From NCBI GenBank assembly GCA_026023565.1, contig JAPETS010000005.1:744001-808000 (forward strand): a stretch of DNA of 64,000 bases, in the 5' to 3' direction. A program made the position numbers and the translations under genes. The stretch is from Cirrosporium novae-zelandiae. Its lineage: Eukaryota. Shown in pieces: positions 26,778 to 38,045 of the stretch. Under the pieces are notes generated by a model. It was not told the origin of the DNA. It saw nothing but the letters and a program-made list of their open reading frames with translations, and did not search any database. How positions within the stretch are numbered: the first letter of the stretch is position 1; each line of letters opens with the position of its first letter.

Positions 26778-27546
26778 TTGGAATTCTAAGTCTTTGAGAA
26801 ACGGAAAACCCCCTCTCTCTTATAAAGTACGTATCAAAAATAAAAAACAAGAAGTACAAATGTACAAGGGAAAAGATAATGCTGGTAAACGGCGGTTACT
26901 AAAAACCACATAACAGCAGGGTACGGGCTCTACTTTATGATAGCCGATGGATGGGCTACCAAAACAATTGAAAAAGTTGTGGTTGGGTCCGATAGGCCAT
27001 ACAAAAAGGTTTCCACAATTGGTCCTACACTACAGCCAGCCAATTGATCCGATAATTATCAGAGTACAGACAGGTAAGTCTATCCGGAGATAGTTGCCAT
27101 ATTTAATTATCTCGCTGATAGACAACAACTCTTGTGGTGACTACTTTACAAAGTACACTATCTGGTAAAGTATTTCCTCCCATTTCATTTCATTACCCCG
27201 CTAATGAATTGGACCCACAAGAGAGGGGATCATCATCATCATCCGGCGAAATATCAAAAGCCGACGGCTATTAGGCTATATAACTAAACTCTTTCAATTG
27301 CCGACCCCCCCCCCCCCCCCCCCCCATCCGATAACGCCCTTTCTGTGCATTTCCAACTCCATGGTCAGTTAATTATTTTGCCATTCATTATTTTCCGTGT
27401 GATCCTACCTTAGATGGATTTTTATGCTTTAGGATAAAATCTGTCTCTTTTTAAACCTGCCTTTCCTTTTTTTCGGTTTTTTTCTCTTCTTTTCCTTTCT
27501 CGAATAATACCTAGTTATATTTTTTTGTTAAAAAAAACTTGCGACT

Positions 27547-28863
27547 ATGACACGATCCGCAGCTCTCTTGATCGGTGAAATTACTCATGCGAGGAAGGAA
27601 TGGGCAGATTTAGCTTCGAGAGTGACTTTGAAGGTACTTGGACATCTGCATGGCTGAGCTATTGGACTAGGAGTTGAGAATGTGTTTGAATAGGAATATC
27701 CGTCAGGATCGCGGGAAGACTTCATTGAGAAATGTCAAGACGGTAGCTTTGATGATGTTTTTGTCATCTACAGGAGCAATGAATCAACAAGTGTATGTAC
27801 TTCCGGTCTAATTGATCTTTGTATATTATGTCAACGATAAGAAGTAATTAATTGACTAAATCGTTGTAGGTAACAGGACCCTTCAATGCTGAACTCGTCT
27901 CAAAGCTTCCAAAGAGCCTAAAGTACATTTGCCATAACGGTGCTGGATATGATAACATTGAAGTGTCTGCATGTACAGAGAGAGGTATATGCCTTGATTC
28001 TTCCTTTAATATAACACAATTGGCTGATTTGTGGTCAGGCATATCTATCTCATCAACCCCAGTGGCAGTCAATGATGCCACAGCTGATATTGCGATATTC
28101 CTGATGATTGGAGCTTTACGGAAAATTCATATTCCACTAACAGCTGTTAGACAAGGTATCATCTCCTCGCATGGTAACCCCATATCTTGCAATCCTTGTG
28201 GCTCACCATGTACCAGGAGCATGGAGAGGGAAAGCCTTTGGCCTCGGGCATGATCCAGAAAAGAAGACTCTGGGAATTATAGGAATGGGTGGCATTGGCA
28301 CTGTAAGCTCAATCCCACCCTGAGCTTCAACATTGGAGTAATCACTGAACATCTACCAGGAAGTAGCGAAGCGTGCGCGCGCTTTCGGTATGCGAATCAT
28401 TTACAGGAATCTAACTCAACTATCCCCAGAGAAGGAGGCTGAATACGGTGTCAAATTCGTCTCCTTTGACGAACTTCTTTCCCAATCCGACGTCATTAGT
28501 CTCAATCTCTCACTTAACAGGTCCACTCGCCATATAATCTCCACACCCGAATTTGAGAAAATGAAGGATGGCGTTGTGATAATCAATACGGCTAGAGGAG
28601 CCCTGATCGACGAGAAGGCTTTGGTGAAAGCGTTGGAAAGCGGAAAGGTTTCGTCAGTTGGGCTAGACGTTTATGAAAGTGAGCCACAGATCGAACCCGG
28701 ACTGCTGAATAATGAAAATGTGGTTCTGCTCCCACATATTGGGACAGCGACATTTGAGACGCAACGAGATATGGAGTTGTTGGTGCTAGAAAATTTGAAG
28801 AGTGCCTTAAGTAGTGGAACGTTGATCACTCAAGTACCAGAACAGAAAAAAATCAAGGTATGA
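27547..28863 (+). CDS. D-isomer-specific 2-hydroxyacid dehydrogenase (2-keto-aldonate/glyoxylate reductase-like)
   Basis: Six exons and five short introns. HNGAGYDNI, GMGGIG, NTARG, GLDVYESEP and LPHIGT motifs. Divergent from the polyol dehydrogenase. Confidence 0.92.
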
Positions 28864-29276
28864 GTATGATAGACTAGATGGGCAGGCGACTGCTTGAAGT
28901 CATAGCAACGACTATGATAATGTGAGCTGTGATCCGTTTATAGTCATTAGGTCACATCGGAATGTCCGTCATTTCGAACGACACATGGGATCCTACTTGT
29001 GTAACATCAACCTTTTACCATTCCTCAATATACCTTGATATGTGAGAAGGCCACCTACTTCTATGTCTTTGCAGATACTCTTCTATGCCATCGTCCTGTC
29101 CAAAAATTCCTGAAAATCCTACAAGGGCTTTTCCTTTTCCCCTTGCATCATTGTGTTTTGTAGCCACTGTATATCAAGATGTCCTAGCATCCTATTTTTT
29201 CTCGGGCTCGTTCATCTGTGGCACAAGTAGCTTTCTTGACATTGATAAACATAACGAAAATCCAGCCCCATTAATC

Positions 29277-29688
29277 ATGCCCCCTTCAAGAACTCTTATA
29301 TTATCCCTCCTAATCACGCTTCTCCTACCATCTCTTGTCGTCTCCGCGTCGCAAGACCTCCCAATCAACCTCATGGTAGCTCGCTCCGAAGCAGATACAG
29401 AAGCTACCAAGAAAGCCAACGAGTATAACTCAGAAAACTGGTACGTCCCCTAACCCACTCATGACCCTCTTTCCTTAATGAAGTATCTTACATAGCTCGG
29501 GCCCAATTAACTATGGCCACCATTCGACTCTTCTTCACTGCGTGACGATGGATGAGACGAGTCATAGCGTATATCTAGCGGGCGGTACGGCTCACGCATA
29601 TACAGATCAGAGCTGTGGAGCGCACGGGGGAAGCAACATCGGGGCATTGCCTCGTGGATGTGTAAACTTGGATAAATGGAGAAAGTAG
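29277..29688 (+). CDS. Small secreted protein (118 aa, 4 Cys)
   Basis: Exons 29277-29440 and 29496-29688. Hydrophobic signal peptide MPPSRTLILSLLITLLLPSLVVSA; splicing gives an open frame to TAG at 29686-29688. Confidence 0.7.
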
Positions 29689-30684
29689 AAGATTAGGAGT
29701 GTGAAATTTTGAAAGAGGGAGGGAAGGAGAAAGAGAAAGAATGGATACGCCGTGGAGAATTAATTACCAAGCAATGAAGCCTCGGGACTTAAGACACGGC
29801 AGTTGAAGAAAAGATGTTACTTAAGGCTTGGATTATGGATGTATGTATATGAATTTGACTATGCAAGGTATTTTGGCCTCTGAATGGGCAAAAAAAAAAC
29901 GTGTGTGGGAACAGAGATTCATCTCATGATATATAATGTATGCACTTGATTTGTCAAGGTTGATGACCTCCGTCGTAAGTGAGCCAATTAAATCTCATAG
30001 CCTAGCTCTATATTCTCAAATATCAGAGAACTAGCTAAGCTCGTCCACCGCTTATAGATATATCTCAGTCAGCAAGCTTGAATGTGGATCCAAATCTAAG
30101 CAAGAATTAAATGACAAGAATATGGATCGGCAGGGAAACAATTAAACTGAAGCAATGGGCATTACTGTATCAAAGGGATTATGAGTGATCAATAAATGTC
30201 TCCTCGGGAAGAATAGGGAAAGAGATAAGTAATTATTTTGGTGATGGGAGTTGTTGTGTGTGGTGTAAAAAGTCGACACCTGAATATTGGATGACAAATT
30301 GATTGTGGCCTGATACGTATGACGCCATCTTTGGCTTTTTGACTGGCCGTCGTCTTTGTCCAATTTTCTTCATCTTCTCTGCTTTGTGCATACATATCAA
30401 CGTCGTGACATAATCTCTCTCGGCGCTTTCCTAATGTGCTTTTCATCAAAATGGATTAGACTAACTAATGAATCTGCAATTGTTTTCTTTTTCGTGCTTC
30501 CATTAATAATTCAATTGAAGATGGAGGCACTATATAACTCCTGGGGACTCGTACCAAGTGTTTTTTGTTATTTTCTTTTCAGCATTCAAGACAATACCAC
30601 TTCAGCTAACCTCGATAACAATTCATCATCTCACTTGCTAGCTATAGCAGAAAACAGAAGTCTTTCCTCGGCCTCACTACCATC

Positions 30685-31806
30685 ATGTCGAATTCCAAAC
30701 TCTTCACTCCACTCTCTGTGGGTCCCTACAAGCTCTCCCACCGCATCGCCATGGCCCCTCTAACCCGCTTCCGCGCAACCTCTGAACACGTCCCCACTCC
30801 GCTCGTTGCCGAATACTACAGCCAACGAGCTGCCGTGGCCGGCACGCTCCTCGTAACTGAAGCGACCTTCGTCTCCCCCCGCGCCGCCGGCTTTGCCAAT
30901 ATCCCAGGTATCTGGACACCCGAACAAATCGAAGGCTGGAAACTCATCACCTCCGCCGTCCACAAAAAAGGCAGCTACATATTCATGCAAATCTGGGCCC
31001 TAGGCCGAGCGGCAAACCCCGCCACCTTAAAACAAGAATTCAACCTCCCCGTCATCTCCAGCAGCTCGGTCCCTATGGAAGGTGGCGCAGTCCCACGCGC
31101 TCTCACCATCCCTGAAATCCAATCCTTCATCGCAGACTTCGCGCAAGCAGCCAAAAATGCCATCGCGGCTGGTTTTGACGGCGTGGAAATCCACGGCGCC
31201 AACGGCTACCTAATCGACCAATTCATCCAAAGCGTGGCCAACAAGCGCACAGACTCCTACGGCGGCAGCATCGAAAACCGTTCCCGCTTCGCCTTCGAAG
31301 TCACCAAAGCCGTCGTCGACGCCATCGGGCCCGAACGCGTTGGCCTCAGACTCAGCCCCTTCAGCACCTTCCAGAGCATGAAAATGCCCGCCGATGAAAT
31401 CGAACCCCAGTTCTTGCATCTCATCCGCTCGCTCCGACCTTTGCATCTCGCATACCTGCACCTCGTCGAGTCGCGCGTCGCAGGAATCGCGGACGTCGAA
31501 GCCACAGAGAAAATCGACCCCTTCATCGACGCCTGGGGAAACACATCCCCCATCCTCCTCGCAGGGGGGTTCAAACCTGATTCGGCTCGCAAAGCCGTCG
31601 ATGAGGACTACAAGGACAAAAACGTGGTGGTCGTCTTCGGACGCTTCTTCATCGCGAATCCGGATCTGGTTTTCAGGCTCCGTGAGGGTCTCGCCCTGAC
31701 ACAGTATAACCGCGAGACGTTTTATAAGGTCGAGAGTCCAGAGGGGTATACCGATTATCCATTCAGCGATAAGTATCTGACGAGTAATGCGGCTGCGAAG
31801 GCTTGA
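30685..31806 (+). CDS. Old yellow enzyme / NADH:flavin oxidoreductase
   Basis: Intronless 373-aa ORF with MAPLTRFRA, AGFDGVEIHGANGYLIDQF and GRFFIANPDL motifs. Confidence 0.96.
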   Translation: MSNSKLFTPLSVGPYKLSHRIAMAPLTRFRATSEHVPTPLVAEYYSQRAAVAGTLLVTEATFVSPRAAGFANIPGIWTPEQIEGWKLITSAVHKKGSYIFMQIWALGRAANPATLKQEFNLPVISSSSVPMEGGAVPRALTIPEIQSFIADFAQAAKNAIAAGFDGVEIHGANGYLIDQFIQSVANKRTDSYGGSIENRSRFAFEVTKAVVDAIGPERVGLRLSPFSTFQSMKMPADEIEPQFLHLIRSLRPLHLAYLHLVESRVAGIADVEATEKIDPFIDAWGNTSPILLAGGFKPDSARKAVDEDYKDKNVVVVFGRFFIANPDLVFRLREGLALTQYNRETFYKVESPEGYTDYPFSDKYLTSNAAAKA

Positions 31807-32582
31807 GATAGTGATGATGCAGTTGGAATTTTTTTTTGGTTGTTTGCTTTGTATTCGTGGTAATGATGGAGTTTAAATATGATGAATTACGATGCGATAC
31901 GAAATAGGGATTATATATAGATTCTATATTTATTACGTCTCCTTGGGTCAAATTTAAAATAGAAGATTGGGATAGATTGGATAAGATTTGAAAGATTTTA
32001 TCGGTGATCTATATAGTAATCATAAAAATCATGCATGTCTAATAGATATTATTATTTTTTAAAAGAAGAAACTAATTTAAATTATTGTTAAATGTGTACG
32101 GTACGGTATTGTACTGTACCGAATTTGTTTTTACGTGGATGAGATGGGATGGGATGGGGTTTTGTGAAAAGTGAGAAGGGAAAGGGAATGGGAAAGGGAA
32201 AAGGGGACATTTATCATTATTATCATTCATTCATTTCATTTCATATCATTATCATTATCATTAGATATAGGTTATTAGCCCCTGGGATAATTAATTATAT
32301 TTTTAATTCTATACACAAAAAATATTACATAAAACCGACTCCTCCCATCCCCAATCCCCAATCCCCTTCTTCCTTCGTTCCTGCATCTCCTACCTACTTT
32401 TACTCTTCTACTCTTTTCATTTCCTTTCTTTCTCCCAAGGATAGATATCTTATATCTCATATATATCTCAATTCAATTCAATTCCCCCATTTTTATCCTC
32501 ATTCATTTGTTCATTCATCATTTCCCTTTACCCTCCCCAGGAAATCAATATATATAAAAACACCTCACCCACCCATTCCCAC

Positions 32583-34765
32583 TCACTCCCATATCCTCCT
32601 CAAATTTCTCTGATTTCCCTGGTTCTGTTGGTTCTGATCCTGATTCTGGGCCTGGGTTTGGATCTGGTAGTGGTCGGGTTGGAGTTGGATATTTGAATGG
32701 ATGAGGGTGGGTTGGGGTTGTGGGGGGGAGGGGGAGGAGAGGGGGGGCTTTCGGGCGTAGTATACGAATCTGGTTTTGGTGGGTGTTAGTGATTGTGATG
32801 GGGATAGTGAGTGAGGGGTAGTGGGTGTTGGATGATGTGTGTGAGAAAGGAGGGAGGGAGGAGGAGGAGGAGCAGGAGAAGGGGGGTGGCTTGATAGGAT
32901 GATGGATGATGGATGATGGATGATGGATGATGAATGATGAATGTGTTGTGTGTTGTGTTGTTGTGCACAGACGTGCTATTGTTTTCACCGAGCTTTGGAC
33001 TGGGCCAGCAAATGAGCCCCCCCGGGAGGGCTTTGGCGGTCAAGCAGGCAAGCAAGCAAGCAAACAACTCAGGGTCATGCCTAGTAGAGTGGATCTGATG
33101 GGGAAAAGCTCCTGGACACTCGGGCGATGGTAACAACGAAGGACCCGACAAATAATGTCTATCCATCATATGTCTCTAGAAAAAAGCAAAAAGCAAAAAA
33201 CAAAAAACAAAAAAACATGACACTTACATAGGAAGATAGCAGTGCGCCCGGGGATCCGAAACATGCTTTCTGACATCCACTAGATAATATTCCACCTGCT
33301 CCCTGCTCCACTGCAGATACCGCGTAAACAACCCCATGCACATAGCGGATGCACCGTCCATGACGTCCTTGTGGACCATTTTACCCAGCAGCTTCTCCTT
33401 CTCGCCCTTCGCCCATGGGTTGGTCGGCCATTGATAGGTTTTTCTGTGGATTTCGGTGAATCCGGCGTCACGTAATTGTTGCTCCCACAGGTGGACGGCG
33501 GAGAGGTCGCACCCGCCCATGCGCGCCGCTTGCCAGATATATCTTGTCCATTGGATTAATGGGCTCTCTGGGCCCGCGCTGCTGTCGTCGCAGGCGGCGG
33601 GGAACTCGTAGTCTTGTAGTTCGAGCCAGCCTCCGGGGTTGAGATTGCTATAACATTGATAAGTTGGACGCACTCAGTATGTATGGGGGGTTATCGGCTA
33701 GATCAGAGAGAAGGAATCTCGGGTGGTGTCATACTCGTAGGATTGTTTGAAAAATTTGGGCCAATCTCGCCAACCTATCATCACCATGCGCATATGAATG
33801 TAATCGAATTTGCGGTCGAAGCACCATTCAGACTCAGAATCGTCGATCATGAAGGCACAATTCGGAGGTACGCTTGTTATAATTAGAGTGTAATAGTGAT
33901 TGGGGATGCTAGAAATTCTCACAAATCAGGCTGTATTGGACTGGATAGGGTTTCGTTAGTTAGAGCTGGCAAATGGACGGAGGGAGGGATGCATACCTTA
34001 AATCGGTACCAATGACATTGGCTGACGGATATTGGTCTGCCTATGCGAACACTTAGCATTAACCGTTTCGAAAATATAATCTTTATGCTCATACAAAGTC
34101 TATTGCCCAAACTCCCGTCCCCGTAGCCACATCAAGGACATCTGTAATTTCTTCGCTGATTGGTGCTAAATGTAGTCTTCCTTCAAGGGTTAAAAGCCAA
34201 ATGCAATGCTGATAATCTGCGAGATATAAGTCAGTCTATTAAATGCAATAACGAGATTAAAAAGCAGTGGTTGGCATTGTACCTAGACGTTCGCCCTCAG
34301 CCTTGACGGATGAACATCAGCTTTTAGTTCATTGGATTGAGACAAGGTGATGTCAGGTCTAACCTCATCGTTGGGTAAATAATAAGCTAATATACTGATC
34401 AGATGAAGCACTTGGGGCCGGGGCATGGCAATGCATAGCAATAAAAATGCTTACCCCCATCTCTGTAGCCATGATACCGTCGACCATTTTCGTATCGAAA
34501 ATTTACAACCTCGCTGTTGATGGAATCAGTCGACCTGTCAGATCAGGTCAGAATTCACATCACGACTATGGCTACATTGGTGGCAAGATCTCACGATTTT
34601 ATGGAATTGCCAAATGCAGAGTCAGGTATGCTGGACTATGTTCCTCCACGATAGATTATCAGTGAGGATCTGGTGAAGGGGCCGAAAAAAGTATTGAACC
34701 GTATCAGAACCCACGTCAACCTCGAGAGCATGTGGAGAATGTTCGGTAAAACTAGCTTCGCCCAT
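32583..34765 (-). CDS. SAM-dependent methyltransferase, LaeA-like (Methyltransf_23 type)
   Basis: Multi-exon, including micro-exons of about 19-23 nt. YENGRRYHGY, LPNDE, VLDVATGTGVW, SPIQP, FDYIHMR and NLNPGGWLELQD motifs. The last exon (IFVYYARKP...) is reached via the 458-nt intron 33227-32770. Confidence 0.88.
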
Positions 34766-35892
34766 CTTTGACCACGAACGGGGGTGTGGAACAGGTGATG
34801 TCTAAAAAAGCAGGTGAAAGGATATGGAGAAGTGAAAGATGGACTGAGGGTTTTTTTTTCAAAATCATGGGCGTTGGAGCGAAAGATTGATTATATGCTA
34901 TGGCACATGTCGCTATCTCCAAGCACAAAAAATGACAAGAAACTAGGGATTCATGGACGGATTTGTCAAAAGTTGCTCCCTGACCGGACTGTCCGTTGCA
35001 TTGTGGCCAAGCTGCCAGGTTGAACGAGGTCGAATAGCGGAAGGGCGGGAGGATTGTTAGGGATTGATCGGTATATCCAGGACGTAAAATACTCGAACTA
35101 AGGGTTTTAACGACCCTAAAGGCGCAGGCGATGTAAACGATGCTGAGTGTGGTGGGCTGTATTCAGATCCTCGGAGTCGGCCTCCAATTATGTGGGGAAA
35201 TATCCGTTGCCTCTGCCCATGACGAATGGGATCAGGATATTTCTCCAGGGCTTTCCAACTTCAGCAAGTGGTCTAACACGCCGTTTCGAACTTATTCTGC
35301 ATTTGTTGAGGAACTGGTGATAGAGCTAGGCCATGGACTACTCGAGTCCCCCAAATCCAAGGGGGCCTTGTTTTGAGGGCCTGTTCGGATCACCTTTTGC
35401 TGGCACCGCTGGGCCTTTGACGACCAGGGTTTTGGCGGGGAAAAAAGTGTTGCAGAATCCCATGAATCCGACAACCTGTGCCAACTGTGCACCCTAAATA
35501 TTTAAACATTTCCAGAAACATGGGAATCACGGATAATAATACACACGTGCCAATGCTTCGGTTTCAACATCTACAAAGTCGGAAAATCGAAACAAGTCCC
35601 TCGCCACGAATGAAATTGATGTCCCTTTTTTATCATTTCTGGATAATTTTTTGTCGCATTAATTGCGTCTACGGAAAAGTTCATCTGCCAGAGAACATCT
35701 CCAGCGCAAAATAAATAAATAAGGGGACCCGTCATGGATAGAGTTAACTGTAACCTCGACGTTATAGGGCAGACAGCTATTATAGTCGCTTACCCACTCC
35801 AAGCATCCCTCCCCCCCTTTCTTCCACCGTCCCAGCCTCCTCACAATCATCATCCTTTATCAGGTCATCACGTCATCCACACCAAACTTCAT

Positions 35893-36862
35893 TTATGCCT
35901 CAGTAATAGCCCTCCGGATACGAGCTCCTCGTTGCCGAGAGTTCAATTTTTCTACTTCGCGGTGAACTTGAGGTCCCTTCTGGATAACTTCTTCACCTTC
36001 AGTAAGGATGAGTTCAATGTGGCATGGGTTGGACATGTATGGGTTAATCTAAAACCAAAGATATAAGCAGCTGGTTCAATTCCAATCTTGGATGTCATAG
36101 GTAGAATTTAGGTATATAAATATAGGATCACTCACTCTTCCGTGAGCACGGTATGTTCGTCTTCGTTGCTTGGGTGCTTGGTTGACCTGAATGTGCTTCA
36201 CGATCAGATTTCCAGTGTCAAGGCCCTTGGTATCCGCATTGGCCTCGGCGTTCTTGAGAAGGCCAAGGAGGAAAGTTGCCGACTTAACAGGCCAGCGAGC
36301 TTTAGAGACACCGAATTGTTTTCCTATAAAAGGATTCCATAATCAGCAATCCTATCTTTCAGGTTGACTGCCACCTAGTAGCCTCAAAGATATATCCCAT
36401 TGTATGCCTCTGTTAAACACAGTAGTACATAGTACGGTTGTATTTTCCAGACCCTAAAAACTTCAGGCCCAAGTAAATTCTTACCTTGAGCAGTTCGTCC
36501 AGTGCTACCAGCATATCTCCTGAATGGAATAGCCTCCTCCTTTGTAATGACATGGTTCAGGTAGGTTACCGCGCGCTGAAGCTTCCAGCCGTTGATGGCC
36601 TGAGCTGTTTCTCGGGTGTTCTTGAAGGATACACGGAGGTATTGACCACGAGCACGAGCGCTCTTCGCGGGTGAAATCTCGGTGGCTGCGTAGCGAACCT
36701 ATTCATCTCAGAAGTCAGCCGCGATTCCAAGGCTTGATGGACTGTGGGAATTATAGGTTGGATATATGCATTGGAGTGACGGCTCGCAGTGCGATGAGCA
36801 TCTTGAGATCCAGGAAATATTTATGCATTGAAGAAAAACACAAGATCTTCTATACATACCAT
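35893..36862 (-). CDS. RPL17: 60S ribosomal protein L17 (uL22)
   Basis: ATG micro-exon 36862-36860, then exons 36698-36485, 36323-36136, 36048-35893. [21 protein letters not shown] and [21 protein letters not shown] motifs. Confidence 0.97.
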
Positions 36863-37574
36863 CTTGTTGGATTGAGATGATGGTCGTGGTCGTTGTTGTC
36901 GATGTCTTCTTCTGGAGTCGTTCAATCTCAGAATTTCGCCAAAGTTGTGTGTGAGTGAGCCAAACCGTTTCGGTTGATACCAAAGCCCTAATATCGACGC
37001 TAGTCCTATTTTGGACAATAATCACCAACGCTCTTCCAGGCGTGCCAGGATGGACTGATTGGAATTATTTTGTCATTAATGCTCCTTGAGAATTATGAAT
37101 GAAATGAAGCCATTTACGTAACAGCATGCATTCCGCTTTCTTGATTCTTGAGATTGACGTAGTGTATCTTCCAGCACTTCTGCACGCCTTGCATCAATGA
37201 CACAGTGATTTGAACATCTACAGAAGCAATCTCATACTTTGTTACATCACTTCAACTTCTTATTGTACGTGATGTAGAGAATGTGAACAGCAAGAAAAAG
37301 AAAAAGAAAAACTGTGTACGTCATACTAGTTACATGGAAGGGAGATTCGTAAATAGTGATAAAGTGATTTCATTAAGTATTATCAATAACAGGATTTCAG
37401 ACATGGCTGAAGGAGCGTAAATAAGCCATTATCATTACATGTTCATCCCAATGCGATTTTCCCAATGCAGCATTCATTAACACCCATACCAGCATTAATA
37501 ACATTACCCATTACCAGCGCAATGCAACGCTAAATTAGTTTCAAAATAACAGCAGAAAACCTCTCAAGACGGAT

Positions 37575-38045
37575 CTAGCTAGGGCAGTAGAGGTTGACGG
37601 ACTTGGGGTAGGTCCATGTGCCATTGACTGGTGGTGGGGCAAAATCATTTCCAGTCAAAGGCCTGTTGAACAAGAAGCATCCAACCTGCTGACTCGCTGG
37701 AGCAGCAGTGGAACCCTCGTCTGGAACCATATAGCCCAAATGGACACCCTGGCAGGTGTTGGCGGTGCCGTAGCCAGCACAGTCCTCCAGGCAGTCCTCA
37801 AGTAGAATTTCCTCGGAGTATTGGAGTTGATATTCCTCGTTAAGGCGATATGAGTAGAGAAGATTGGTGTCCATGACGGTATCCTTGGGCTTATATCCAA
37901 GACCCCATCCGCTGTATGAGGGATACACACTTGTGATGTTACAATTGTCGACAGATTTTGGTTCAGGAGCACCAGCAGGTACAGGAGATGCTGCTGTGAT
38001 GGCGATAGAGGCTGCAAGAGTGAGAAGTGCAGTAATAGAGACCAT
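37575..38045 (-). CDS. Small secreted Cys-rich protein (about 156 aa, 6 Cys)
   Basis: Signal peptide MVSITALLTLAASIAITAA, a CLEDCAGYG...C...C pattern and N-glycosylation sequons. Confidence 0.75.
   Translation of the reverse strand: MVSITALLTLAASIAITAASPVPAGAPEPKSVDNCNITSVYPSYSGWGLGYKPKDTVMDTNLLYSYRLNEEYQLQYSEEILLEDCLEDCAGYGTANTCQGVHLGYMVPDEGSTAAPASQQVGCFLFNRPLTGNDFAPPPVNGTWTYPKSVNLYCPS

Noticed and set aside
32149..32988. ORFs 32149-32613 and 32545-32988
   Set aside because: Low-complexity sequence; the real coding part is the methyltransferase last exon in another frame.
33008..33120. RNase MRP RNA (GGGGCTCATT on the minus strand)
   Set aside because: The matching 5' P4 element (GAAAGTCCCC) is absent and the available length is too short.
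30685..34765. Secondary-metabolite cluster around the OYE and LaeA-like methyltransferase
   Set aside because: No PKS, NRPS, terpene synthase or other backbone gene in the window.
36324..36859. snoRNAs in the two 161-nt RPL17 introns
   Set aside because: Only short hairpins and no C/D or H/ACA box arrangement; longer introns are usual in ribosomal protein genes.
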